From: an uncultured cyanobacterium
GTDB taxonomy: Bacteria > Cyanobacteriota > Cyanobacteriia > Cyanobacteriales > CAWCAG01
NCBI GenBank assembly: GCA_963793425.1
Contig: CAWCAG010000005.1
Span: 128,001 to 192,000, forward strand
Length of the DNA: 64,000 nt
Direction of reading: 5' to 3'
Both the position numbers and the translations under genes were made by a program. The notes under the pieces were generated by a model that searched no databases, had not been told where the DNA came from, and was given only the letters and a program-made list of their open reading frames with translations. The first letter of the stretch is position 1. The number at the start of each line of letters is the position of its first letter. Shown here one piece after another: positions 28,144-39,411 of this stretch.

Positions 28144-28305
28144 TTAGCTTTCCGCTTTTTTACTATCTTTCAAAAGATATTTAGCTAAAGCATCAGCTAA
28201 TTGTTCTTCTGGTTCTTTTTTCTTGGGCTTTTCCTCTTCTTTAGCGAGAAGTTGGCTGCAAAGCAAACTAACACTTAAAAAAGTTAAAACTGGTAGAAGC
28301 ATCAT
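28144..28305 (-). CDS. Small 53-aa protein with hydrophobic N-terminus (not in ORF track)
   Basis: MMLLPVLTFLSVSLLCSQLLAKEEEKPKKKEPEEQLADALAKYLLKDSKKAES*; GAGG RBS upstream. Confidence 0.6.
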   Translation of the reverse strand: MMLLPVLTFLSVSLLCSQLLAKEEEKPKKKEPEEQLADALAKYLLKDSKKAES

Positions 28306-28599
28306 GATAATTCCTCTTCATAAATATTTAGTTTTTAGTAAGACCTTGTGATTAGTTGAACGTCCCTTGGTTGAGTGACTATATTTAGTTTGCTGAATAA
28401 CTGAGGAAAAGTCGATACAGTAAAGTTCAGGAATGGGACTTGGCGACAAGGCGAAGGTTAAGAGGTGGTTGGGTAAAAGTAAGTCTGGGTAGTTAATGTA
28501 GCCGATGGCAAGCTGACAACAATCTCTGCTTTTCCCTCCCTGGACTTAAAAGTTACAGAAAAAGTCAAGAAAGTTCAGGTAGACTGTAAAAAAATCAGG

Positions 28600-31500
28600 A
28601 TGTATAGCTCAATTATGAACTCTGAGGAGGCTTTCAAAGTTGCAGACGCAGTTGCCTTAGCGAAGACAGGGAAACATTTAACAGAGACTCAAACCGCTGT
28701 TTTTAAAGGAACTTGGGACAACAAAACCTATGAAGAAATAGCTGAAGAATATAGGTTTAGTTCAGGATACTTGAAAAGAGATGTCGGACCCAAGTTATGG
28801 CAACTGCTTTCCCATGAACAGGAAAACAAGGTTACTAAGAAGAATTTGCGGGCGGCGATCGCTTGGCTAAAAGACTATCAAGTTACTACCCCACCTCCTC
28901 AACCTGAGTCCATTGTTTCAGAATCAAAAACTCTCCCTCAAACCAACCAAGATTGGGGAGAAGCCCCGGATATTGAAACCTTTTACGGCCGCACAGAGGA
29001 ACTTACTCAACTGAAACAAAGGATTGTTGTTGACAAAGTTCGTCTCGTCGCTATTTTAGGCATGGGAGGCATTGGCAAAACCTCCATATCTGTACAATTG
29101 GCACAACAAATCCGAGCAGAATTTGATTATACTATTTGGCGATCGCTCCATAATGCCCCCCCGGTAAAAGAGATTATTAGCGAAATTTGCCAATTTCTTT
29201 CCCCCCAACAAGAGATTGATCTGCCCCAAAACGTAAATCAGCAAATTAACCAGCTAATGACATATTTGCGTTCTTCGGCTTGCTTGTTGGTATTAGATAA
29301 TGCTGAATCTCTTCTCCAAGCTAGCAAGGTGGGGCATTATCAACCTGGTTATGACGATTATGGGGAATTATTTAAACGCATCGGTAACTCCTCTCACCAA
29401 AGTTGCCTAATCTTAACCAGCCGGGAAAAACCCAAAGAAGTTGCCCTCTTAGAAGGACAAACCCCTAAAGTCTGTTCCTGGGCTTTAAGGGGGTTAGAAG
29501 AGAGGGAAGGTCAAAAAATTCTCCAAGATAAAGGTTGTTCTGGTTCCCAGACCCAGGAAGAACAACTCCTGACCTATTATGCCGGTCATCCTTTAGCCCT
29601 AAAACTTGTTGCTACTAACATCAGGGATTTTTATGGGGGACAAATAGGAGAATTATTAACTCAAATTCAACAGGGGGCCGCCCAATTTGCTGATATTAGC
29701 GACTTACTAGAACAACAACTTAGCCGCCTTTCTGGGGCAGAACAAGAAGTTATGTATTGGTTGGCGATTAACCGTGAACCTACTTCTCTGGCAACCCTAC
29801 AAGAAGATATTGTCACCACCGAAGCGAAAAGACAACTCCAAAACTCCCTGATTTCTTTAACGAGGCGATCTCTGGTAGAAAAGGAACGGCAAACTAATGA
29901 TTTCACTCAACAGCCGGCGGTGAGGGAATATATCCTAGAAAGATTTATGCAGCAGATCACCGCAGAAATAGAAACTGAGAAAATCTGCTTATTTATGAGT
30001 CATGCTTTAATTAAAGCCCAAGCGAAAGATTACATTAGGGAAAGCCAACAAAGAATTATTCTCCAACCCGTAGCAGAAAGTTTAGTTGAGAAATATAAAC
30101 AGCCCCAGGAAATTGCTGCCAAACTACAACAAATCCTGGGCATAATTAAAAGCAAATATCACAACTTACCGGGTTACGGCGGTGGTAACATCATCAACCT
30201 TTGCCAGGAATTAAAACTTAACTTAGCTGCCTATGACTTTTCCCAATTAACCATTTGGCAAGCTTATCTCCAAGATGCCCACTTGCAAAACGTTAACTTT
30301 GCTGGGGCTGACTTGGCCAAATCTGTCTTTGCCAAAACTTTAGGCAGTTCTTTAGTTGTAGCTTTGGGTAAAAGAGGCATCCTCGCCACAGGAGATGCCG
30401 CCGGTCAAATTTTGCTTTGGCAAGTAGCTAATGGGCAACAACTTCTCAGTTGCCAAGGACAAACCGGACGAGTAAAGACATTAGCTTTTAATCCCCCAGG
30501 TGATCTCCTCGCCAGTGGTGGGGAAGATTGTCGCTTACGACTTTGGCAAGTGGCAACGGGTCAATGTTTACAAATTTGGTCAGGACACGAAAACCCCATT
30601 AACTGCCTAAGTTTTAGTGAGGATAATTCCTTCCTCGCCAGCGGCAGTGATGACCAAACCATCAAGATTTGGGACATTAAAACTGGGGAATGTTTGCAGA
30701 CCCTTTGTGGCCATAACAAGAGAATTCATAGCCTCTGTTTCAGCCCCAACAACCAGATCCTTGCTAGTAGCAGCGATGACCAAACTGTGAGGATTTGGGA
30801 CATTAAAACTGGGGAATGCTTACAACCTTTTTTTGGTGATAGCAGTTGGCTTGGAGCTGTCACCTTAGCGGTACAACCTTACCCTTTAGGAGAATATCAC
30901 CCAGGAGATCGCCCAGAAGCTTGTTTCGTTGCTGCCACTAGTGATGACCAGATCATTCAACTTTGGGATATCAATCAAGGCCGCTGTTTTCGTACTCTCC
31001 AAGGTCATGAAGATAACCTTTCTGCTTTTGCTTTCAACCCTGATAGTCAAATCTTAGCCAGTAGCAGCGATGATGGCAAAGTTAAACTTTGGGACATTCC
31101 TAGCCGAACCTGTCGAAGAACTCTCAACATTGGCGAAAATGTTTATTCTTTAACCTTCAGCCCTGACCAACCAATTTTAGCCATTGGCAGCGAAGATCAA
31201 ACCGTTCAGCTTTGGGATCTTAATCTTGGTAAATGTCTTAGAACCTTACGAGGGCAACGTAACAAGATTATCTCCTTCGCCCTTAACCCAGACCAACAAA
31301 TCTTAGCTACGGGCAGCGAAGACAAAACTGTGCAGCTATGGGATCTTAACACGGGTAGCTGCGCTAAAATACTTGCTGGCCACCTTGATTGGGTTTGTTC
31401 TCTGGCCTTTTCCCCTAATCAGCAGGTTTTAGCAACAGGTAGCTATGACCACACCATCAAATTATGGCCCATCACCCCAGCAGAGGGCAATGAGAACACA

Positions 31501-32235
31501 ACTCTCCGGGGCCATACCGACAAAATTAAGGTAGTAGTTTTTAGTCACGATGGTAAAATCCTGGCTACGGGTAGCGATGATTGCACTATCAAACTCTGGG
31601 ATACTACCACAGGACAATGCCTCCATACCTTTTCAGGTCATAATCGCTGGATTAGTAGCATCGCCTTTAATCACAACGGTAGTATTTTAGCTAGTAGTAG
31701 CTATGACCGCACCATTAAACTCTGGGATGTTACCACAGGACAATGCCTCCATACTCTTTGTGGTCATAGCGATCGCATTCATACCCTCAGTTTCAATCCC
31801 ACCCAACTTACCTTAGCCAGTGGTAGTCATGACCAAAGCATCAAACTCTGGGACTTAAATAATGGTGAATGTTGGCAAACTTGGCCCAGCCGCAGCCAAA
31901 TAATTCAAGCAGTAACTTTTAATCCCCAAGGACAATTATTTGTTGCAGGAAGTTGTGATCATCAGATCCAGTGGTGGCAACCAGATCACGAAGAAGTTAC
32001 CACCTTCTCGAAATGCAACAATCCCATTTGGTTAGTTAACTTTAGTCCCTTTGGTAAGATGATCATCAGCGCTAGCCAAGACCGTACTATTGAACTTTGG
32101 AACCGGGAAACTAGCCAATGCCTAAAAACCCTAAGAACTGATAAACCCTACGACGGTACTAATATTCAAGGAGTTACGGGCATCACCCCAGCCCAACAAG
32201 CCACCTTGAAAGCTTTAGGGGCGCATTCCTTTTAG
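28600..32235 (+). CDS. STAND NTPase: N-terminal HTH-like domain, NB-ARC, pentapeptide-like segment, WD40 repeats
   Basis: DWGEAPD, GMGGIGKT, WRSLHNAP, LLVLDNAE, GHPLALK; about 14 WD repeats (LASGSDDQTIKIWD); KPYDGTNI terminus. Confidence 0.93.
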   Translation: MYSSIMNSEEAFKVADAVALAKTGKHLTETQTAVFKGTWDNKTYEEIAEEYRFSSGYLKRDVGPKLWQLLSHEQENKVTKKNLRAAIAWLKDYQVTTPPPQPESIVSESKTLPQTNQDWGEAPDIETFYGRTEELTQLKQRIVVDKVRLVAILGMGGIGKTSISVQLAQQIRAEFDYTIWRSLHNAPPVKEIISEICQFLSPQQEIDLPQNVNQQINQLMTYLRSSACLLVLDNAESLLQASKVGHYQPGYDDYGELFKRIGNSSHQSCLILTSREKPKEVALLEGQTPKVCSWALRGLEEREGQKILQDKGCSGSQTQEEQLLTYYAGHPLALKLVATNIRDFYGGQIGELLTQIQQGAAQFADISDLLEQQLSRLSGAEQEVMYWLAINREPTSLATLQEDIVTTEAKRQLQNSLISLTRRSLVEKERQTNDFTQQPAVREYILERFMQQITAEIETEKICLFMSHALIKAQAKDYIRESQQRIILQPVAESLVEKYKQPQEIAAKLQQILGIIKSKYHNLPGYGGGNIINLCQELKLNLAAYDFSQLTIWQAYLQDAHLQNVNFAGADLAKSVFAKTLGSSLVVALGKRGILATGDAAGQILLWQVANGQQLLSCQGQTGRVKTLAFNPPGDLLASGGEDCRLRLWQVATGQCLQIWSGHENPINCLSFSEDNSFLASGSDDQTIKIWDIKTGECLQTLCGHNKRIHSLCFSPNNQILASSSDDQTVRIWDIKTGECLQPFFGDSSWLGAVTLAVQPYPLGEYHPGDRPEACFVAATSDDQIIQLWDINQGRCFRTLQGHEDNLSAFAFNPDSQILASSSDDGKVKLWDIPSRTCRRTLNIGENVYSLTFSPDQPILAIGSEDQTVQLWDLNLGKCLRTLRGQRNKIISFALNPDQQILATGSEDKTVQLWDLNTGSCAKILAGHLDWVCSLAFSPNQQVLATGSYDHTIKLWPITPAEGNENTTLRGHTDKIKVVVFSHDGKILATGSDDCTIKLWDTTTGQCLHTFSGHNRWISSIAFNHNGSILASSSYDRTIKLWDVTTGQCLHTLCGHSDRIHTLSFNPTQLTLASGSHDQSIKLWDLNNGECWQTWPSRSQIIQAVTFNPQGQLFVAGSCDHQIQWWQPDHEEVTTFSKCNNPIWLVNFSPFGKMIISASQDRTIELWNRETSQCLKTLRTDKPYDGTNIQGVTGITPAQQATLKALGAHSF

Positions 32236-32465
32236 TAGTGATGGCTTCTCACCTTATACTTCATCTAAATCTTCAATGCTTTCACGGAAGAAAAAGTTCT
32301 TAGATTATGGCATTAATAAAGTGATAGCTACCTAAATCATCAAAGAAACTTACTATTTTCCTTCAACGTCAACCCTAACTGCATAACTATTAGTAGCTAG
32401 GATATAAATATTATTAGCTGACCTTTGCTCCTTACCCTTCCCTGAAAAATTGGGAGTGTTGATTT

Positions 32466-33686
32466 GTGACTGACTCATTATCCAACTATTACAACCGCGA
32501 AACCACTTCAGATGAGGATTTTCTCTATACTCATCTACGAGAATGCGCCCAAAGAGAAACTCCTGAAAAGCTGATTGCTCGTTTCCGCCTCCTCTTCATC
32601 GAAGGAAGCAATTATCCTAATACCCAAATTCGTTTGTCATTAGAAAGAATCATCCTTTCGGATTTTGCCGCTAGGGAGTTTAAGTTTATCCTCAATCGTA
32701 GTTGCTATATTTTCATCAATAGTTGGTTAAAACAGCCGCGCTTCAAAACTGCTATTCCTCGCTTAATTGCAATTTTCAACACCTTACCAAATCAAGCTGC
32801 CACTTCTCGCACCACCCAACGTCTTCGCTCTTTAATCAGAAATTTTCAGCAAACTGAGCAATACCGTTCCTTAAGACATTTAGCCGAAGTCTTCGCCCAA
32901 AGCAGCCAGCATAACCACACAGAAGCAACTCCTTTAAGAAGCTTTATCGGTCGCTACCCTTGTCTTTATGAACATTGTTTGCTTACCAATGATAGCAACG
33001 ACGAGCAACGGCAAAAAATTCGGCTCATCAAAGAGCAAGCGCAACGGAAGTTTGAAGTAGATTTATCTAAATATGTCACCTACCAGAAGTTGCAACGTTC
33101 CCAAAATCACCTGACGAACCCTACTTTACTTAGTGATGGGGAATTAAACTATGCGATCCAACATTTCACCGGCAAAGTTGACAATAGCAACACCTATCGC
33201 GACTTGGCCACAAGATTTCGTACCTCAAGCCGTTGGACACCTTGCTACCGAACCTTTAAAGAAGAATTATACGACCACTTAACCGCTTCGATTGACCCCA
33301 GATATGGTAATGGTCATTTTAACCGACGACTTTATGAACATTTGCAAACTACCCTGGTAGAAAATGACTCTCAGCAACTTAGTGAAAATCTCCTCCACAA
33401 AACCTGTCGCAAGCTCTTAGATTTCCTCGTAGTAGAAAGTAGCGAAAACCCTGCTCACTACGTTTTCTCTGATATCATCACTAACTTAGGTGCAACACCA
33501 ACAGTTGGTTTATTGCTCAAAGTTGTTTTACTCTGTGATAAAGTTAAGCCTTATTTAGAAAAGCAATTTGCTATTCTGTTTAATCACTACGAGAGTTTTA
33601 CCAAAAACAAAGTTGTTTGGTTAGTGAAGTCTTTGGAAAACCTAAATATTGCCTTTAGCACTCATTTTGGTTCAATTAAAGTTTAA
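32466..33686 (+). CDS. Conserved cyanobacterial hypothetical protein (all-helical)
   Basis: 406 aa ORF; FKFILNRSCYIFIN.W, RYPCLYEH, NPTLLSD, LENLNIAFSTHFG. Confidence 0.75.
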   Translation: MTDSLSNYYNRETTSDEDFLYTHLRECAQRETPEKLIARFRLLFIEGSNYPNTQIRLSLERIILSDFAAREFKFILNRSCYIFINSWLKQPRFKTAIPRLIAIFNTLPNQAATSRTTQRLRSLIRNFQQTEQYRSLRHLAEVFAQSSQHNHTEATPLRSFIGRYPCLYEHCLLTNDSNDEQRQKIRLIKEQAQRKFEVDLSKYVTYQKLQRSQNHLTNPTLLSDGELNYAIQHFTGKVDNSNTYRDLATRFRTSSRWTPCYRTFKEELYDHLTASIDPRYGNGHFNRRLYEHLQTTLVENDSQQLSENLLHKTCRKLLDFLVVESSENPAHYVFSDIITNLGATPTVGLLLKVVLLCDKVKPYLEKQFAILFNHYESFTKNKVVWLVKSLENLNIAFSTHFGSIKV

Positions 33687-33736
33687 AGTCATTGAACATT
33701 AAACATTAAACATTTGTCGTTGGTTAACAACAGATT

Positions 33737-34786
33737 TTAGACAGGGAGTTCAAAATCACCTTGACAGTAAGCTGTCAGAATCTTGATGCAGTTTGCGATC
33801 GCACCTAAATGAGCAATTTCGTAACCGTGGGTATTTTCAGTAGGAAATCCTAAACAAGCACCTCTAGCTATATGTCCGAATTTCATAGCAATAGAAGCGT
33901 CACTACCAAAACCGCTAATAGCTGCGAGTTGTAGAGGCACACTAGCTTGATCTGCGGCTTTCCTAATTTCTTGGTTTAATCCTTCATCATAAATGCCATA
34001 ACCATCTTGGGAAAGCAACACAGGAAAGCTGCCCGGTAAGATAGGATATTCTGGGGACAAAGGACAAATTTCCAAGGCAATTAAGGAGTCTAATTTTTGA
34101 TTTCTAGTAAAATACAATGCTCCAACTGCTCCGACTTCTTCTTTCGCTGAAGCGACTAAATAAACATCTTTAACGGGGTTTTTTATTTGTTGAGCTAAGG
34201 CAAATAAAATAGCAACAGAAGCTTTATTATCTAAAGTATAACTACCAATATAATCTTTAATACGTAGAGGCTTCTTCCGATGTTTTCCTACCACCACTCT
34301 ACTACCTGGTCGTACTCCCAATCCTGCTAATTCTTCTGGGCTACGTTTGGTTTCTACCCAAGCATTTTCCCACTTCAAAGGGGCATTATCTTGTAAAGCT
34401 TTTTGAGGAGATTCGTGAGAGACATGGCGAGAACCAAAAGAAAGAATTCCGGCAATGGTTTCCCCATCACCAATAATATCAACAACTCCTTCTCCATAAA
34501 CCCAAGGGAAAGAACCTCCTAAGCGACGAACATCTAAACAACCATCTTGATCAATATTCTTAACTATGGCTCCAATTTCATCTTTATGGGCGGTTATGGC
34601 GATCGCCCTTTGAGGATTTTGCCCCGGAATTCTAGCAATTATATTTCCGGCGCGATCTTGCCATACTTCTACTCCAAACTGAGTAAATTTTCGTTGCAAC
34701 AAAACATCAATTTCTGTTTCCATGCCGCTAGGAGAATGATGGAAAACTAGTTCTTCGATTGTGGTAAATAACTCGTCGTATTGCAT
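33737..34786 (-). CDS. M42 family metallo-aminopeptidase
   Basis: HSPSGME, TAHKDEIG, LDNKAS, EEVG, GSDA, NTHGYE. Confidence 0.9.
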   Translation of the reverse strand: MQYDELFTTIEELVFHHSPSGMETEIDVLLQRKFTQFGVEVWQDRAGNIIARIPGQNPQRAIAITAHKDEIGAIVKNIDQDGCLDVRRLGGSFPWVYGEGVVDIIGDGETIAGILSFGSRHVSHESPQKALQDNAPLKWENAWVETKRSPEELAGLGVRPGSRVVVGKHRKKPLRIKDYIGSYTLDNKASVAILFALAQQIKNPVKDVYLVASAKEEVGAVGALYFTRNQKLDSLIALEICPLSPEYPILPGSFPVLLSQDGYGIYDEGLNQEIRKAADQASVPLQLAAISGFGSDASIAMKFGHIARGACLGFPTENTHGYEIAHLGAIANCIKILTAYCQGDFELPV

Positions 34787-34845
34787 TTAGGGTAGGGATG
34801 TGGGATCTGGGGAGCTAGACTGATCATTGACGAGCCAAAACGCAA

Positions 34846-35325
34846 TTAACAACGAAGAATCGACCATTGCTCAGGATTGGACTTATTTACTACCTTCACA
34901 TCCGAGTAGGTTTTGATCCATAAACTCGCCCCACAATCCTGGGGCTTTTCCGGACAATAAATGATCTGACAATAGCCAAATATCTCTAATTCATGACCAC
35001 GAATGCTCCTTGAACCATGTCTGACCGTTACAACATCTTTCAAGGCTACTTCAGCCCCTTGTTGAGCAATCCTCTTCTCGTTAGTAGTGATGTGGTTTTT
35101 ATTGACATAAATAGTTTTTGGTCCCCGTCCCTTTGTGGTACTCCAACGAGGTTTAGGTCCTCTAGTGCCACGAGAAATCTTGGGTTTGCCCTTGTATAAA
35201 GGTATCACCCAACCTGTCCGCTTTTTGTAAGCGCCTTTAATGCGTTGTTGTTGAAGTAAGTAGAGAACTCTTCTTTGAGAGACTCTCAACATTTCGGCAG
35301 CAATAGAGGTGTTGATGAATTCCAT
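34846..35325 (-). CDS. HTH (excisionase-like) DNA-binding protein with uncharacterised C-terminal domain
   Basis: INTSIAAEMLRVSQRRVLYLLQQQRIKGAYK...WVIP; C-terminal IYVNKNHI...YCPEKPQDCGASLWIKT. Confidence 0.75.
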   Translation of the reverse strand: MEFINTSIAAEMLRVSQRRVLYLLQQQRIKGAYKKRTGWVIPLYKGKPKISRGTRGPKPRWSTTKGRGPKTIYVNKNHITTNEKRIAQQGAEVALKDVVTVRHGSRSIRGHELEIFGYCQIIYCPEKPQDCGASLWIKTYSDVKVVNKSNPEQWSILRC

Positions 35326-35660
35326 GGGAAAATGGGGTTTTAAACTCTTCTCGAATAGTATTTTAGCTAAAAAGGGACTGAAAAGCAATCTTTTTTTTGC
35401 AAAACTTAAAATCAGGAAAAAAGATTGCCCTTCAACTTGAAGTTACAATACCTACAATGGGCTTATCTGATAGAGACGCTTGCGCGATAGCTACCATCAA
35501 CTCATCAATATAATGTCGCTACAAGATTCTCAAGCGCTTGTCATGGAAAAAAAGTCAAGTTGCTGTAACATTCCCTCAGATTCCCATTAATGTTAATCTG
35601 AAAGGTGGCAAATTTCACAATTACTTAAGAGTTCCTCTAGCTTACTCACAAGCTAACTAA

Positions 35661-37127
<1,467 letters not shown>

Positions 37128-37150
37128 AGTAACAAGTTACAGGTTAGGAG

Positions 37151-37193
37151 GAGCAACCCAGTACTGATAATCTTCTAGGGGGGTTGCTCTTTT
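37151..37193 (+). other. Intergenic stem-loop between atpD and atpC
   Basis: GAGCAACCC (37151-37159) and GGGTTGCTC (37181-37189), followed by TTTT. Confidence 0.5.
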
Positions 37194-37228
37194 ACCAACA
37201 ACTAATAATCAAGAAGCAATAACTAAAA

Positions 37229-37639
37229 ATGACATTAACAGTGCGCGTAGTTTCTCCAGATAAAACTGTCTGGGATGCTGAAGCAGAAGAAGTGGTTTTG
37301 CCTAGTACCACAGGACAACTAGGAATATTGAGCAATCACGCTCCTCTTTTAACGGCCTTAGATATCGGTGTAATGCGGGTTCGTCCTGGTAAAGATTGGA
37401 CTGCGATCGCCTTAATGGGGGGTTTTGCTGAAGTCGAAAATAATACAGTAACTATTTTAGTTAATGGGGCTGAAGCAGGAGAAAGCATTGATAAAGAAGC
37501 AGCTCGTAGCGCTTTTGAAACAGCCCAGCAGCGCGTTGACGAACTAAGTCAGGGAGAAGACCGCCAAGAACAAATTAAGGCTCTACAAGCTTTAAAGAGG
37601 TCTAGGGCAAGGTTTCAAGCCGCCGGTGGTATGGCTTGA
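37229..37639 (+). CDS. atpC: F0F1 ATP synthase subunit epsilon
   Basis: [32 protein letters not shown]. Confidence 0.98.
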   Translation: MTLTVRVVSPDKTVWDAEAEEVVLPSTTGQLGILSNHAPLLTALDIGVMRVRPGKDWTAIALMGGFAEVENNTVTILVNGAEAGESIDKEAARSAFETAQQRVDELSQGEDRQEQIKALQALKRSRARFQAAGGMA

Positions 37640-37664
37640 CTTAAAGTCAATTTACATAAGACAA

Positions 37665-37703
37665 AAATTGGGACAGACTCATTTGTTAAGTCTGTCCCAA
37701 TTT
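37665..37703. terminator. Bidirectional intrinsic terminator
   Basis: Perfect 15-bp stem AAATTGGGACAGACT / AGTCTGTCCCAATTT between convergent genes. Confidence 0.85.
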
Positions 37704-37737
37704 CTTTTGGAAATGAAAATTGAAATGAAAACAAAAT

Positions 37738-38052
37738 TCAATTACTGCCGCTAAATACCACTTCGGGAAATTTAGTTTGGGCCATTGTCATTGAAACCTT
37801 TTTACCTTCCTCTTGCCAATAGTTAATGACTTCAGTGGCGTTATTAAGTATATCAATGCGCTCTTCTTCAGAAATCCAATGTTTAGATTCCATTTGGTCT
37901 TTTAACTGTTCCCAGGCATCATCCCTAGGCCAAAAGTAGTAAGCGGTTAAAGGGCTACTCCCCTTGCCTACTACTTGATCTACAGCAATTGCTACGTTCT
38001 TGTCTAACCAAAGAACTTTTAAAATAAACCTTGACTCCAAGTACACCTCCAA
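37738..38052 (-). CDS. ycf65: 30S ribosomal protein PSRP-3 (Ycf65)
   Basis: [47 protein letters not shown]. Confidence 0.93.
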   Translation of the reverse strand: MEVYLESRFILKVLWLDKNVAIAVDQVVGKGSSPLTAYYFWPRDDAWEQLKDQMESKHWISEEERIDILNNATEVINYWQEEGKKVSMTMAQTKFPEVVFSGSN

Positions 38053-38131
38053 CGGAGTGATTAAGCTACCCTCAAATTTATGCAGTCTCTAATTATATAG
38101 CAATTCTAGTTTTAATTGATTAAAATGTCTT

Positions 38132-38242
38132 AGGACTTACGCAGTGAAACGAAAAATCGATAGTTTCAGGCAGAGGGTTGGCGCTTATGGTTACTGTAGA
38201 CGAAGGGAACAGAGGATTACAGGCACTGAGTGCGTAAGTCCT
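38132..38242. mobile_element. MITE-like element with 12-bp terminal inverted repeats
   Basis: AGGACTTACGCA (38132-38143) and TGCGTAAGTCCT (38231-38242). Confidence 0.72.
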
Positions 38243-38348
38243 GTATTATTGTTTACCCCAAGCCGATATCGAGAAACATCATAACTATAAAACCCAATAC
38301 TATTCCCATAGAAGAGGTCTAATGTTTAATAATAGGCTGTCTTGCTTA

Positions 38349-39020
38349 TTATTGTTTAATCTGATGACGTAACCAAGCAAACCAAGTCTCTAAGCCCTGT
38401 CCTGTTTCGGCAGAGAGGGGAATAATAGTGATATGGGGGTTCATCTGGCGTACATTAGCTTCAATGCGTTCCAGATCCACTTTTAAATAGGGTACTAAGT
38501 CAGTTTTGGTAATTAGTAAGCAGTCTGCTTCTTGGAACATGATGGGGTATTTGAGGGGTTTGTCTTCTCCTTCTGTTACACTAAGCAGAGCAACTTTGCC
38601 ATGTTCTCCTACCTCAAATTCTGCTGGACAAACTAAGTTGCCGACGTTTTCTACCATTACTAAGTCAAACTCAAAAGGATTATATTCTTCTGCTAAAGTG
38701 TGGATGCCTCCAGCAACCATTTTTGAGTCTAGGTGACAGGAACGCCCGGTATTAATGGCAATGACAGGAATGTTATACTGTCGTAGGCGTTCAGCATCTA
38801 ATTCTGTGGTCATATCTCCTTCGATTACTGCCATCTTTAATTCCTGATTGAGGGCAGCTAAGGTGCGTTCCAATAACACTGTTTTTCCGGCCCCAGGACT
38901 ACTCATTAAATTGAGACAAGTAATTCCCCATTTGTCAAAATGGCTGCGGTTATGATCTGCCCCTGTTTGGTTTGCATGGAGTAGATTAATTTCTAAAGCA
39001 GCATCGAAAGTTTGGTGCAT
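38349..39020 (-). CDS. hypB: Nickel incorporation GTPase HypB (short, GhaB-like)
   Basis: [39 protein letters not shown]; lacks a His-rich N-terminus. Confidence 0.93.
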   Translation of the reverse strand: MHQTFDAALEINLLHANQTGADHNRSHFDKWGITCLNLMSSPGAGKTVLLERTLAALNQELKMAVIEGDMTTELDAERLRQYNIPVIAINTGRSCHLDSKMVAGGIHTLAEEYNPFEFDLVMVENVGNLVCPAEFEVGEHGKVALLSVTEGEDKPLKYPIMFQEADCLLITKTDLVPYLKVDLERIEANVRQMNPHITIIPLSAETGQGLETWFAWLRHQIKQ

Positions 39021-39022
39021 TT

Positions 39023-39403
39023 TCAGTTATCAATTTGGTTGGCTTTTATATGGTTATGGGAATATTCTATGTGATCAATTTTTAATTCTCTTCCTGAACG
39101 GATGTCTTCCATCGGACTTTTACAAGCGGGACAGGTATATTGTTGACCAATCTTTGGTTGATATTCTTGTTGACATTGGTGACAAAAAGCAACTAAGGGA
39201 GTTTCTTTAATTACTAGTTTTGTTCCCGCCAAAAAAGTGTTTTGGGTTTGCACTTCAAAAGCAAACTGTAAGCTAGCAGGTTCAACACAGGTGAAGGTTC
39301 CCACTATTAAATGAATAGTTTCAATCTTGGTTCTTTTGAGTTGGTTATTTTGCCAATCTTTCACTGTCAAAATGAGAGATTTAGTCATATCAATTTCGTG
39401 CAT
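39023..39403 (-). CDS. hypA: Nickel metallochaperone HypA (GhaA-like)
   Basis: MHE N-terminus, [14 protein letters not shown] and CPAC Zn motifs, SGREL. Confidence 0.93.
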   Translation of the reverse strand: MHEIDMTKSLILTVKDWQNNQLKRTKIETIHLIVGTFTCVEPASLQFAFEVQTQNTFLAGTKLVIKETPLVAFCHQCQQEYQPKIGQQYTCPACKSPMEDIRSGRELKIDHIEYSHNHIKANQIDN

Positions 39404-39411
39404 TTTGGATT

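Noticed and set aside
38349..39403. Hydrogenase maturation operon
   Set aside because: No hypCDEF, hox or hup genes nearby, and the sequences look like the Gha-type paralogues.
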